A stretch of 64,000 bases of DNA from Camelus dromedarius (GCF_036321535.1 NC_087436.1:74216001-74280000); one strand, 5' to 3'; shown: positions 25,724 through 38,296, numbered from the stretch's first letter. Made by a program: numbers and translations. The notes: generated by a model from the sequence alone, not told the origin.

Positions 25724-25901
25724 GCTGGTTCGACTCAAGCTTGACTACACTTTGGAATTCCCTAAGGAGTTAATAACAAACAAACTGATGCTCCCACCCT
25801 GCAAAGATTCTGTTATAATTGGGGTAGGGTGTAGCCTGGCATTGCACATTTTTATACTTGCTCAGGTGATTCTAATGTGCAGTGATGGTTGAGAACCACT
25901 G
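25724..25901. mobile_element. MER5-family hAT MITE
   Basis: caggtgattctaatgtgcag...ggttgagaaccactg. Confidence 0.75.
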
Positions 25902-26870
25902 GTTTAAGCTGTGAGTTGAGTGATATAGAGAAACAACAAGTAGGTAGAAACTAAGAGGGGAAAGAAAGACACGCAGAATGGAAAGGGGCATGAGGATAGC
26001 AGCGGGAAGAGAATCAAAAGCCAGTCAAGACAGGCAGCGAGTGGAGCAGAGCCTTATGACTGGGGGCAACTAAAGTGCAAAAACAGAGCCCCTGCTGAGG
26101 TCTCAGGACCGCCTGTGGGGACTGGCTGCTCCCAGCATTGGCTTCTGCTTGTGCATTTCTGTGATCTCTGTTTCTCATTACTGCTATATGGAGGTGTCGT
26201 TTTTAAAAAGCTCATCAAGTGATGTTTCCACTGACAGATGGGCATGGGCAGGGGAGCACTTGTCTGGCCCTCCCTGAAAACACCTGTGACTTGAGCCATT
26301 GTCACACGCTGCTGCTCCAGGAGTTCATTTTTACCAGCAGGTGTTGGGACCGTCCAGCCGTTCTGAGCGGGTGGAACCATCCCCATCACACTGCAGTTGC
26401 CATGTTCACTCTGCATGCCATTTCTGGATGGTGCCATGAAACAAACCATGAAAGAAGGATGGCTTGATGCCATTGAACTTATTCAGTCTCATGGGACGTT
26501 GTCTGTGAAGACAATGTCAAGAGGTCCTGGAGTGAAACAAGGCGTGAGCATCTTCATGGAATATTCATCTACTCATCTGCCCCTGGTTTTGAAAAGTCAC
26601 ACTTTGGATAGCTTTAGTGTCAGTCCCCCATTTCTTGGGACCCAGGGATAGAGAAATGGTTTTTGGAAAGGTTGTTAAGTACCACCCACCACACATCTCC
26701 TTAATGCTACATCAGAGCTTTGAGGCTGTTTTGTCCTGTTCTGGGTAATTCCACATTTTGCTGACCCCTTTCCTTCTGGATTATATATTTTTACGTCTTA
26801 TTTAATTATAAATGCTCCAAAATCACAGGTATCCTAGCAAGGTCCTGGCGGGAGACTTAAAAGTATATGT

Positions 26871-26973
26871 TTGGTGGCGGGACAGACTGGAATTTCAAAA
26901 TGTAGAATAGATAAACAAGATTATACTGTATAGCACAGGGAAAAAATGTTTAAAAAAAGGCAAAAAAAATAAT
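26871..26973 (+). mobile_element. 103-bp L1 3'UTR-derived insertion with 11-bp TSD
   Basis: aatagataaacaagattatactgtatagcacaggg plus an A-rich tail. TSD aaagtatatgt at 26860-26870 and 26974-26984. Confidence 0.85.
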
Positions 26974-27182
26974 AAAGTATATGTCTGGGAACACTAAGAA
27001 TCCTATGCAGTGCTTACCCTTCCAAAGGCAGAGAAACCCCTGGTCTGTGTGACTTGACATGACCCTTAAGGTTCTTTTCCCTTTGACCATTGCCAATTAA
27101 AGCGGTGACCTCAAATATGTGTTTGTTGCTACCTGTCTTCTCATGGTTCTGTTACCTCTGGCATCCTAGTGTGTGGCAATTT

Positions 27183-27719
27183 CTTATTTTTTATTTTTTA
27201 AAAAAATTTATTTTTTTTATTGAAGTGTAGATAGTTTACAATGTTATGTTAATTTCTGGTGTACAGCATAGTGATTTAGTTATACACATATATATACCTT
27301 TTCATATTCTTTTTCATTATAGGCTGTTACAAGATACTGAATATAGTTCCCTGTGCTCTACGGTGAGACCTTGTGGTTTATCTATTTCATATATAGTAGT
27401 TAGTGTCTGCAATCCCGAACTCCCAATTTATCTCTCCCCCTCCCCCTCTTACCCACCTGGTAACCATAAGTTTTATTCTCTGTCTGTGAGTCTGTTTCTG
27501 TTTTCTAAATAAGTTCATTTATGTCCTTTCGTTTTTGTTGTCCCACATGTAAGTAATCTTATATGGTATTTTCCTTTCTCTTTCTGGCCTACCTCACTTA
27601 GAATGACTTAGGTTGCTTCCCTGTCTTGGCTATTGTCAGTAGTGCTGCTATGAGCACTGGGGTGCATGTATCTTTTTGAACTAGAGTTTCCTCCAGATAT
27701 ATGCCCAAGAGTGGGATTA
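27183..27719 (-). mobile_element. Camelid L1 3' end with an internal deletion
   Basis: Same 3'UTR as the other copies. Ends at atatgcccaagagtgggatt. Confidence 0.9.
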
Positions 27720-28494
27720 CATGTTGCAGATTTGAAGTCTTATGTGTCCTTGGTAAAATTATACCTCTAAAACCAGCCTTTTTATGCTTTTCCCTCTGTC
27801 ACTAAAATGTCTGTTCCACTGCCTGCCTGGTCTTGAGTCCCACGTCGCTCTGTCTCCACTAGCTGCTGGATCGCCTGTACAGTTTGTCAGTGCATTTGAA
27901 AAATGCAGTTTTCCCACTTCATCCTTATTCTGCTGTCAAACTCCTGTCTGATGCTGTTTACATAGTGGGTGGGAGGTGTGAAATTATTCTTGAGGATGCT
28001 TGCTTGGTTAGTGTGTTTATTGTTTATGTGGGAAGGTTGCTATGCTGTTTTCATGAAGACTGTGATTCTAAGGAGGATTTTAAAAGGATTCTTTGGAATG
28101 TTTCTTTAAAGGGGTCTCTTAGGAATCAGCCGTTGTTATTTATTGATGGTAAATGAGCAGGACCTGCAGACCCTGGACACCTGAAACCGTCTTTCATGGA
28201 TTTGTCACGGGAGTGAGATGTTTTCCTAACCGTCTGTCCTTCCCCCTCATAACTTAAAGGAGCAAAAGATGAACGAGAATCATTGTTTTTCACTAGTGGC
28301 TGCATACTACTTACTTTTTTTTTTTTTTTAAAGTAAGTTGAAATGGTTGATTTACCCTTTTGACTTGCCCCTGGTTCCCTTTAGGTATTTGCTCAAACGT
28401 CAGCCTTCCCTGCACAGCCAGTCACTGTTGGAACCCCCTTCCTGCTGTAGCCCCAACACCTCTTATTTTTCATTTTTCATTCTGTTCCCTCTCA

Positions 28495-28810
28495 TTAGAT
28501 TATAAACTCCTCGATGACAGGGATTTTGTTCAGTGTGGTATCCCCCGTGCCTAGAATGATTCTTGGCACATGGTGTGTACACACTGAATATTTGTGAAGC
28601 AGAACATACCCAGTGAAAACAAGGGAAGCTGTGTGGTGCGGTGGATGGGCACACACGCCCTGAGCCAGGTTGCCTGACTTTGAATCCCAGCTTTAGCATT
28701 TGCTAGTCAAGTGCCTTAACCGCTAACATAGTTTTATCATCCGTAAAACGGATGTGTTAACAGTATCTCTCCCTGGTGTAGTAAGTTGCTGTATAAATGT
28801 CAGCTGTTAT
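28495..28810 (+). mobile_element. L2 3' end followed by a MIR
   Basis: tagattataaactcc...gcctagaatgattcttggcacat, then ttgaatcccagct...catccgtaaaacgg. Confidence 0.65.
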
Positions 28811-28989
28811 GAATGATGTCACTGGACAGCATTAGTCCTTTGTCCTGCATTAAGAGCTCGCGGAGGGGCACTGTCTGTCAGCTGAGGTTTTAAAGCTGAT
28901 TCGATGCAATCTGGCCAGCCATAAGCCACCATTAGCATCAAGTTGCCTTGACCCCCTTTCTGGGAGTCAAGGCAATTCAGAGGGACACC

Positions 28990-29115
28990 GGACCAAGGAT
29001 GGAGGCAGATTCCTGAGGACATTGTTTGAGCCCGTGGATCCAGTCAGATCCAGTGAGACCCTACTCTTTTTGGTTGTGTGAGCCAATAAACCTCCTTTAT
29101 GCTTAAAGAAAAAAG
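28990..29115 (+). mobile_element. MLT1J/K-like MaLR LTR fragment
   Basis: gacattgtttgagcccgtggatccag...gtgagccaataaacctcctttatgcttaa. Confidence 0.55.
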
Positions 29116-29921
29116 AGTTCATTGGGGTGGACAGGCTGGGCTCCTCTTCACTGCCCTTATGGTCAAGAGTCTCCTTGCCAGACTGGACCGCTCTTTTCAC
29201 CTGCATCCCCCACTGAAGAAGGCTCCTTCTGGAAGGGTTTCTCCCTGCTGTGAAATGAGATAGACCGGACGCCCTCCACACTTTGTGCCCAGTCCTCCCT
29301 CAGTGAGGTCTTTTCTCCAGCCCTCCCTTGGGGGTTAGGTCCTGGGAGCCTGACTTTCAGGATGCTCCTCGTGGCAGGGCCCGCCCTTCACTGTGCCCTC
29401 AGCTCCTGCAAGCTTCACTGGAGTCAGGGCCTCTGCAGTCCCCTGTCACTTGGAGCTTGGGGTTCCTTTCTGATCCCCACTCCAGCAGCAGTGCTGTTTG
29501 GTGGTAATGGGCACTGGTTTGCAATTGGACAGGACTTGGTCTGCAACCCTGCCCCTTACTGGGAGGGTGGGGCCCACTGCCTTCACCCGTGCTTTACTAT
29601 TTTTATTCCTCTGGGAAGTGAAGACAGTCATCCCCACTTTGTATGAAGGTTGTGACAATAAAGACAACAAGTGTGAAGCAAAAACCTGGGCCCTGGGTTT
29701 CACGCACTTCCCTTCACTCAGTGACCAGCTGTCTAGCAGATGCCACTGGGCAGAGGTGTTTCCATCCTTCCTAAGATAAGTGGTTTCTTCCCTATGTCTG
29801 GCCCAGTTTTACTGCCTCAAAGCCAGAAGACATGGTGAGAGAGCAAGATTCAAGGAGGATGAGGCTTATGTTTCCTGCTAGTCAAAGTCAGACCCAAATG
29901 GGACAGAAATCAAATTTGTCA

Positions 29922-30711
29922 GAATGGCCATCATTAAAAAGTCCACAAACAATAAATGCTGGAGAGGGTGTGGTAAAAACGGAACCTTCCTACACTGTTG
30001 GGAATGTAATTTGGTGCACCCATTATGGAAAATAGTATGGAGAGTCCTTAAAAAACTGAAAATAGACATCCTGTGATCCAGCAATCCCACTCCTGGGCAT
30101 TTATCTAGAGGAAACTCTAATTGGAAAATGTGCATGCATTCCAGTGTTCATAGCAGCACTATTGACAATAGCCAAGACAAGGAAACAACCTAAATGTCCA
30201 TTGACAGATGACTGGATAAAGAAAATGTATATTTATACAATGGAATACTACTCAGTCCTAAAAAAGAATGAAATAATGCCATTTGCAGCAACGTGAATGG
30301 ACCTGAAAATCATCATTCTAAGTGAAGTAAGCCAGAGAGAGAAAGAAAAAATACCATTTGGTATCACTTACATGTGGGATCTTAAAAAAACAAAAAGGAC
30401 ACAAAGGAACTTATTTATAAAACAGAGACAGACTCAGACATAGAAAACAAAGTTATGGTTACCAAGGGGGACTGCAGATGGGGAGGAATAAATTGGGAGT
30501 CTGGGATTTACAGATACATACTACTATACATAAAATAGATAAACAGCAAGGTCATACTGTATAGCACAGGGGACTATATTAAGTATCTTGTAATAAACCA
30601 TAATGGAAAAGAATATGAAAAAGAATATATATATATATATCTGAATTACTATGCTATACACCAGAAATTAACACAACATTGTAAATTGACTATAATTTAA
30701 TTTAAGAAAAA
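29922..30711 (+). mobile_element. Camelid L1 3' end (ORF2 C-terminus plus 3'UTR) with perfect 17-bp TSD
   Basis: gaatggccatcattaaaaagtccacaaac... TSD agaaatcaaatttgtca at 29905-29921 and 30712-30728. Confidence 0.95.
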
Positions 30712-32509
30712 AGAAATCAAATTTGTCATAAGGGAAAAAAATCCATGGGAAAAGGTGACCCACTGGTGACCATAGATGTAAAAGAACTTTAGTATTGGGG
30801 TGGAGGGGATCAGAGGTCACTGGCCAAGCCCCTCTCCTGATCCCTGAGAGGTCGTTCTGGAGAAGCTGCTGCCTGCTTTATGGAAGTGGAAGCACCCGGA
30901 ATGGAAGGTCCAGCCACAGATCCCAGGACCAGGAACACAGAATTAGGAAGAGAAGCCAGGTTTGCTATGGCGAGCTGGCTGCGTCAGGACATCCGTGGCC
31001 ACCCCAGGGCCATGCTCTTCTTTCCTTTCCTCTTGTGGCTTGTCCTTTCTCGTTGGTGGCAGGAACTGATGATTTGGTATGTTCATGTTTTATTTGATGA
31101 TTCTCCCTCCTCCCTCTTTAGCATCTTTCACTTTTCACATTATCTTCTTCATACAACGGTGTTCCTCAACATGTAGACTTTAGACACATGTCCATCACAA
31201 TCAGCGGTGGTGTGTGTTTAACATGCACAGCCCTGTGCTCTTCCCTACATCAGTCTCTCCATGGGGGAGCCTGCTTTGCAGCAAACTGGCCAAGTGATCC
31301 AGTGCCCACCGAGGCAGGCAGCCTGCAGCACTAGGAAGGCACCAGAGCCATCCTCCGGCTGGGGAGGTCATTCCTGTGGACCTTCCTTATCTCTTTGACC
31401 CACGTGGGACCTCACATGATGGGATCAGTGTCAATTTGAGAAACTCCATGGTTATTCCTCAAAATGAAAGAATCACTCCACGTCTCTTCTTGGCCATGAT
31501 GTATACGTCAAATTCAAAATTCAGGTTTTCAACTTAAAATAGAGTTTGGGGATGGTTCTTAGCTTCCCTGAGCTCCTTCACAAACATTGTAGAACCACAA
31601 CCCCAATGCACTGAAATGTTCAAAAATAGCAACAGTGTGGGGCTGGCCTTCTTTCCACAGGCGTAACAGCTTGCAGCGGTTTCTAAAAATAGACCTTTCT
31701 GTGCAGGTCACGAAGCAGGAATGGCCTCCCTGTCACTCTGTTTACACAGTTTCTCATCTGACACCTTCACAACAACCACGCTGACTTGATGAGGCCTGGG
31801 GGCCCATGTCGGGCTGTGGGAAATCTGGGGGAGCGTGACCTGCGGCTGCAGCCCCACGAGGCCAGCGGTATTTAGATTCAAGGCCCTTTCAGCCTTTGCT
31901 TCAGGATCCCTCACCCCCTTTTCCATCACTGTCACAAAGTCAGGGCAGAGGTCAGAAGCTCCGAGTCACTCCACGAGATTCTAATGAACAGAAGAATAAG
32001 CCCAGGTTCAGGGATACAAGACCTCCAAGGTTTTATTTTGTTTTATTTAATCTAGCTTGTGTTCTCCCTCTTTGCAAGCTTGCATCATACAGTTGCTAAT
32101 GTAACTTTGAGACCTTTTCATAAAATGTTCAGAAAAGGCTTACTTGTCTTTGATTTTCTTAGGAACCGCCCTCCGATAGTGAGAGGTCTTCTCTTTTTGT
32201 GTGACAGTTCATGGCACCCCGGACCTGTCCCCTAAATGCAGATGATGTAGGTGGAATTAGAATGACAGTTTCTTGGGACTGACGTTCTAAAATTAAGGAC
32301 AGGGGTAAAAGGGGAGCTTTTAACATTGAATATCCACGAGGTGATTGAACTGGCCCACCGGGCATTCACATTCATAAGATTTGTAGTAGGTTCTGAAGAA
32401 GTGGATTACTTGGGGTCAAATGTAGAATATTACCTCTAGGAATCAATTATGAGTTAGCCTGCCACCTCTAGAGAAGTAATTCTAGTAAGCTCTCACCTGT
32501 AGCTCTAGG

Positions 32510-32680
32510 TGTTCTAAGCATTCATTCTCATTTAATTCTCACGACTCCAGGAGGTAGGTATTATTATTATTACTCTATTTTACAGATGAGGAAACAGACT
32601 TAATAGGACAGCCTGGCCAAGGGGACACATCTATTAAGTGTGGATTTGAACTCCAGTCTATCTTACACAAAAGCCCAGGC
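32510..32680 (-). mobile_element. MIR SINE
   Basis: catttaattctcac...attttacagatgaggaaacag...ggatttgaactccagtc. Confidence 0.8.
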
Positions 32681-32834
32681 TTGTTTTTAAGTCAATAGGT
32701 GTTCAGATGAGTTGGTTTTCTGTGGTTGCTCAAAATCCCGACCCAGCCCAGCAAGGGTTCTTCAGCCCCTGGAAAACCACAATTTGGGTCCATCAATGCT
32801 TTTATTTGTTTTGCTTTAAAGACAGAACTGGAGT

Positions 32835-32945
32835 GGGGAAGGGTATAGCTCAAGTGTGTTCAGCAAGAACAAGATCCTGGGTTCAATCCCCGGTATCTCC
32901 TCCAAAAATAAAGAAGTAAAATAGATTACCTACCTGCCCCCCCAA
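32835..32945 (+). mobile_element. Vic-1-type SINE with internal deletion after the A-box
   Basis: ggggaagggtatagctcaagtg...cctgggttcaatcccc. TSD taaagaca(g/a)aact at 32817 and 32946. Confidence 0.8.
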
Positions 32946-33207
32946 TAAAGACAAAACTCACTGGTGCCCTTCGTTTTCCCAGCCATGTTGACTCACCTTC
33001 TCTTAAATAAATTAACCCTCCCATCTTGTCTAACTCCTTTGATGAGAGCAAGTTCACGTGCCAATAAAAATAGAAATAGGAGAAACAACACAGTAAGAAG
33101 GGAGAAGAGACCGCGGGTTTTGTGGTTATTACGGTATGAATATAGGCCGATCATTTTCTACTGTCCCCCAAAACAAAACAAAAAATCAGTCATAGTTTGT
33201 TCTATCA

Positions 33208-33301
33208 TTTATTGTATCTTATTTTAGTGGAGGTGCTGGGGATTAAACCCAGGGCCTTGGGCATGCTAATCATGTATTCTGCCTCTGAGCTATACCTTCC
33301 C
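33208..33301 (-). mobile_element. Vic-1-type SINE
   Basis: ggaggtgctggggattaaacccagg...tgagctataccttccc. Confidence 0.8.
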
Positions 33302-34520
33302 TATTTTATAATTTTTAATGGTTGAAATACCTGTTTAATATTGAGATGTTGGAACGTTGATTATTTTTATAAGAGAAATCACTTCTCTCCCAGATAGTAG
33401 ATGCTTAATAAATGCTATTGAGTTTAAGGTACTTAACTTACGAGTACTTACGAGTACTTACCTGTAGCCCTAGAAGACCCTTTGTCCATTGCAGGGTGGA
33501 CTAATCCAACTTCTGAAGAAGAGGCACTTTGTCTTTGTGCTCTGTCCTAGCCAGCACCCAAATGAAACCTCCTGGCTTCTCCGCATCAGTACCCGCTGCT
33601 TTCTGCACACCCCACCCCATCTCTCTCACCTCTTTCCTCTTCCAGGAATTCTTCCTCCACACCTGTCTCTTTCCTGGCTCCGTATTCAAACTTGCCTTTC
33701 CTTTTCTTGTTCCTTAAGAACCTTTCTGGGGGATGACTTGCAAAGCTTCAGAGACATGGCTAGGAATAGGTGAAGTCCTTTGAGAACAATACAACGTTAC
33801 ACTAAGATAAAATGGCAGTGATAAAGCAATTATCCATGTTTTTAAAATGATTTTGCAGGTTATCAGTATCTCACCAGTAAGGAATGTGTTTCCAGTGGTG
33901 TTATCTCCCTGACAAATTGGTTGCAGCTCTCTGTGGATAGGTGGGTCTTGTCATTAGAAACTTTCAAGTTGTGGGCTGAAGGTGACCTCAGCCTCATAAG
34001 GCTGACATTGGCCTTCCAGCCTGTGTGGCTGACACAGCCCCCCGGACGACCCCTCCCAGTACCATCAGGGAGCCTTAGTGGCCAGTGATGGTGGGTGCTG
34101 GGGACGAGGATTAGAAGATACATCAGATATCTTGACATTATAATTAAAAGGCTCATTTCACAATTTTGGAAATCACCCACAAGGTGTATTGTGATAATTA
34201 GAATGTGAATAGCCACGTTTGAATGTGGTGAAAAGAAAGTGATCAGTGTGTTTCAGGTATGGGTTTGCCCCTTTGTAGAACTATTTGCAGGGTTTTATCC
34301 TGAGCTAGTTTCCTCTACTGCTTGACTGTTTCTGGAATATTAACACAAACTTGAAACCCAATGTGTGCAAATTGGAGTTTAGCTCTGTCAATGGCCCTCC
34401 ACTGACACGGTGACGAGACTGTTAATGACTGAGATTTGTGGGCTGAAATAGGCAGTGAAATGATGGGACCCTCTAATAACTCCATCACCACATGTACACG
34501 TGTATCAATAGGTCCCGTGA

Positions 34521-34629
34521 AGGGTGCCAGACTGAGCACATCAAAATACAGATGCCCAGTTATTTCTGAATTTCAGACAGTAAATAATTTTTTACTGAAA
34601 GTTTATCCCTGATTTTATCTAACATCCCT
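34521..34629 (+). mobile_element. Internally deleted MER53 retaining both ends
   Basis: agggtgccaga...aaaatacagatgcccagtt..tgaatttcaga...attttatctaacatccct. Confidence 0.7.
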
Positions 34630-34692
34630 AGTTACATAACAACTTAGAAGTACAGGGGGGGAAATGCAGGTTCTTTATTCTGTCTAAACTTT

Positions 34693-35400
34693 TTTAAAAT
34701 TGCAGTATAGTGGATTTACAATATTGTGCTAGTTTCAGGTGTATAGCATAGTGATTCAGTATTTTTGCAGATTATTTTCCATTATAGGCTATTATAATAT
34801 ATTGAATATAGTTCCCTGTGCTATACAATAGGATCTTGTTGTTAATCTATTATATATAGTAGTTTGTATCTACTAATCCTAAATTCCTAATTTACCCCTC
34901 CCCTCTCCTCTCCCCTTTGGTAACCACAGGTTTGTTTTCTCTGTCTGTGAGTCTGTTTCTGTTTTGTATGTACATTCGTTTGTATTATTTTTTAGATTCC
35001 ACATGTAAGTGATATCATACAGTATTTGTCTTTCTCTATCTTTCTTACTTCACTAAGCATAATATTCTTGGGGTCCATCCAAGTTGCTGCAAATGGCAGA
35101 ATTTCATTCTTTTTTGTGGCCTAGTAATAATATATGTATGTCACATCATCTTAATCTATTTATGTGTTGATGGGTTTTGAGTTGCTTCTGTCTTGGCCAT
35201 TGTAAATAGTGCTGCTGTGAACATTGGGGTGCACGTATCTTTTTGAATTAGTGTTTTCATATTTTCCACACATATACCCAGGAGTGGAATTGCTAGATCA
35301 TATGGTAGTTCTATTTTTAGGTTTTTAAGGAACCTCCACACTGTTTTCCATAGTGGCTGTACCAATTTACATTCCCACCAGCAGTATATGAGGGTTCCCT
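34693..35400 (-). mobile_element. L1 3' end (older artiodactyl-type) with degenerate TSD
   Basis: ORF2 C-terminal peptide [32 protein letters not shown] tttattctgt(ct/tg)aaacttt at 34674 and 35401. Confidence 0.9.
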
Positions 35401-36317
35401 TTTATTCTGTTGAAACTTTATCTGGTCTTCCTCACAAACTCACACTTGCTGGTTAGCAAGGAAACAAATCAAATTTTAGTCCTAGCCAAGTTAAAAGCTA
35501 GCCTGGTCTGATTGTTTGAATAGTCCCTTAAGGGACTCAGTCCCTAACACAAAATGCCCCCTTTCTCAGATGTCATCTTTTGTCTTCGCTGCCCAGCTGC
35601 TTCACCAAAATACTATCTTGAGTTTTCAGGCAGGGGTGAGTACAGGTCTTCAGACACACTGTCCCCTGGTCCCTAGGCTCTGTTCGTGATCTTCCCTGTC
35701 ACTGCTGGCCTCTACTGCAGAATTCTGCAGCATGGTCAGTGTTGGCCTGACCAATGCCCTTGGGGATCCCCTGGCAACCTCCCACTGACTGACTCAGCCT
35801 TTGCTCAGCATCATGAGCTCAGACACCTTAGCATCTGCCAACTTCTCCATCTCAGCAACCCCTGGCCCTGGGGTCCAACCCAGGATCGTCTCACTCCATC
35901 ATAGTTGCCTCGTCCAAGTTGACTGGCTGGCACCTGATGTCCATCTAAACTGAGCTAGGCCAGGCCCTCTGCCCAGTGACCTTCTCCTGGAGTCTCCAGC
36001 AGAACAATGGAGCCAAGATTCCCTGATACCCTGGACAGTCCCCTCACTTACCTCACATGCTTGCCCTGCTCTCCCTGAGGCCAGAGAGGCAAAACCAGAA
36101 CTTGGTTCTGACAGTGTGACTTGCCACCCTTCTTACCCTCATTCCCACCATAGCCTGGAATGGGGAACTCTGGGCTTTCTTGCTATTTCTTACTATGCTG
36201 TATGCTTCCCTTCTTCTCTAACTGCAAGCCCCTTGTCTTAGGTGGGAGGTTATGTTCTTGGTATGATGGGAAATCTTTGGTAATTGGATTCCTCCAGGCT
36301 TAACCCAGGGTAGATTA

Positions 36318-36480
36318 CAGGGTTCTCAAAAGTGCGATCACTGGGTAGGACCTTCTATAAATGCAAATTCTGGGGCCCTCCTATGGACCTACTGTATCAG
36401 AAACTCTGGGATTTTGGCCTAGTAATTGATGGTTTATCAGGCCTTCCAGGTGATTCTGATGCACCCTGAAGAACCACAGC
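36318..36480. mobile_element. MER5A hAT MITE
   Basis: ggttctcaaa...aatgcaaattctggggcc...ccaggtgattctgatgcac..gaaccac. Confidence 0.8.
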
Positions 36481-36631
36481 TGTAAAGATTTTAGCAAATT
36501 ATCTCATTCCCCCATTATTATTTCCAAGCCTAAAGTCTTATTAAACAGACCAAATATGCCCCCTCAATCTAGTTGATTGATTAACTTGGTAGATAAACTT
36601 GAAACATTTGATAGTTAAGAAAAGGAATTTG

Positions 36632-37040
36632 CCGCTTTAAAAAGGAAGGAAATTCTGACACATAATACATTGAGGAATCTTGAGGATGCTACACTAAGTG
36701 AAATAAGGCAGTCACAAAAAGACAAATACTGTATGATTCCATTTATGCGAGATACCTAGAGCAGTCAAATTCATAGATATGTAAAGTAGAATGGTGGTTG
36801 CCAGGCCCCGGGGGTGGGGGTGGGGGTGCGGAATGGGGAGTTATTGTTTTATGGGTATAGAGTTTCAGTCTCATAAGATGAAAGGAGTTCTGGACATGGA
36901 TGGTGGTGATGGTTGCACAATGTGAATGTACTTAATACCACTGAACCGTGCATTTAAAATGGTTAAGATGGTAAATTTTACATTATGTGTATTTTACCAC
37001 AATTAAAAAAATTTTAATAAAAAGTAAACTAAAAAAAAAA
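36632..37040 (+). mobile_element. L1MB-type 3' end with A-rich tail
   Basis: ctaagtgaaataaggcagtcacaaaaagacaaatactgtatgattcc...aatggttaagatggtaaatttt. Confidence 0.9.
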
Positions 37041-38296
37041 GAAATTTGATGACTATAGCAAAGATTAAGTTGTAAGTAAAAAATGGCTTAAGTTCTTAAG
37101 CAACGGGTATTGATTTGAAGAAAGGTTGCATGGCTAACTCACTGGTCATCCGAGCAACGTGATCCGGGACGTCAGAGCTCAGGTCTAACTTTTGAAACAG
37201 ATGCTCCTGGTAAACTTGGGTATTTCACCAGATCTCAGCTGCGTTTCTGAGCTATGAGAAGTATAGGAATATAAGAATATATTAAGTATAAGAAGAAACT
37301 GGTCCAATAGATTTGATTCGAATTCAAATAGGATAGTTGGTCTCAGTGTGGCTATTGAGGTAAAAGATAATATATATGTACTTGGAATTTTTGCATATGT
37401 CAGATTAAAAAGCCTTGGGCATGAATGAATTCCTAATGATTTACATCATTCTACGTAAAAAGTATTGGCAAGCCATCAGCTTCTCCCCATCTGCAGAAAG
37501 GATGAGCCACGGGGAGAGCTCTGTGCCTTGGTTTGAATAGGCCGTCTTCTAGGTCCCTTTGCTGTTGCTGCTCTTCCAGTCATTTGGTATCGGGTGAGTG
37601 AGCCCTTCCTCCCTAGAGGCAGAAACATGGGGGTGGTATTGGCAGACAGTGGGGCTTTAAATCCCCCTCTCCGCCTCCCAATAATATGCACTAGTTGCCT
37701 ACCCAATAAGATAATATTCTTATACTATAAACAGTTGGTGTTTCCTCAATCTTGTTAAAGCATGAATGAAAGCATCTTTCAAAACGGCTCTGGTCTAAGT
37801 CAAAACAGTGAACTTGCTAGGCAGAGCGCAGCTTCAAGACCTGCTCCCTGTAACTCTTGCACAATCCACTTGCCACCAGGGAGCCCCTCTTATAGGAAAT
37901 TCTGTAGCCACCACTGTTCTAATCCCATTGCCATGCTGCATAAATTTCCTGGGGGAGAGAATACCTTTAGACATCCAAATCTGCCTCCTGTCTCAGAACT
38001 ATATTCATACAAGACAGTAAGCCCCAGGACATTAGGTAAAGAAGATAGGTAAGATCGATGTTAAATATAATACATTTTTACCCATTAAGTTGTTTTTAAA
38101 AGAAAAGTAGCTAGATAATAAAGATCAGCTCTTAATACCTCTCCTACCACCACCAATCCTTATACTGTGAGGCATGAATTTCTAGTGAGATTCTAAATTC
38201 CGTAAGGTTTATTATGCTCCTGGTTAAGAACTGAAATTTATCATATTCTTGTGGAAGACTTAAGAAAACACACCATTTACTCATTTTATGGGGAGG

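Noticed and set aside
33436..33461. Short direct repeats as a possible CRISPR-like array (also 38790, 40968, 21234/22187)
   Set aside because: No repeat-spacer periodicity, and the context is a mammalian intron.
35156..35365. ORFs with RT/ORF2-like peptides (also 42019-42526, 54795, 58128, 62129)
   Set aside because: Frameshifted C-terminal remnants of 5'-truncated L1s, not genes.
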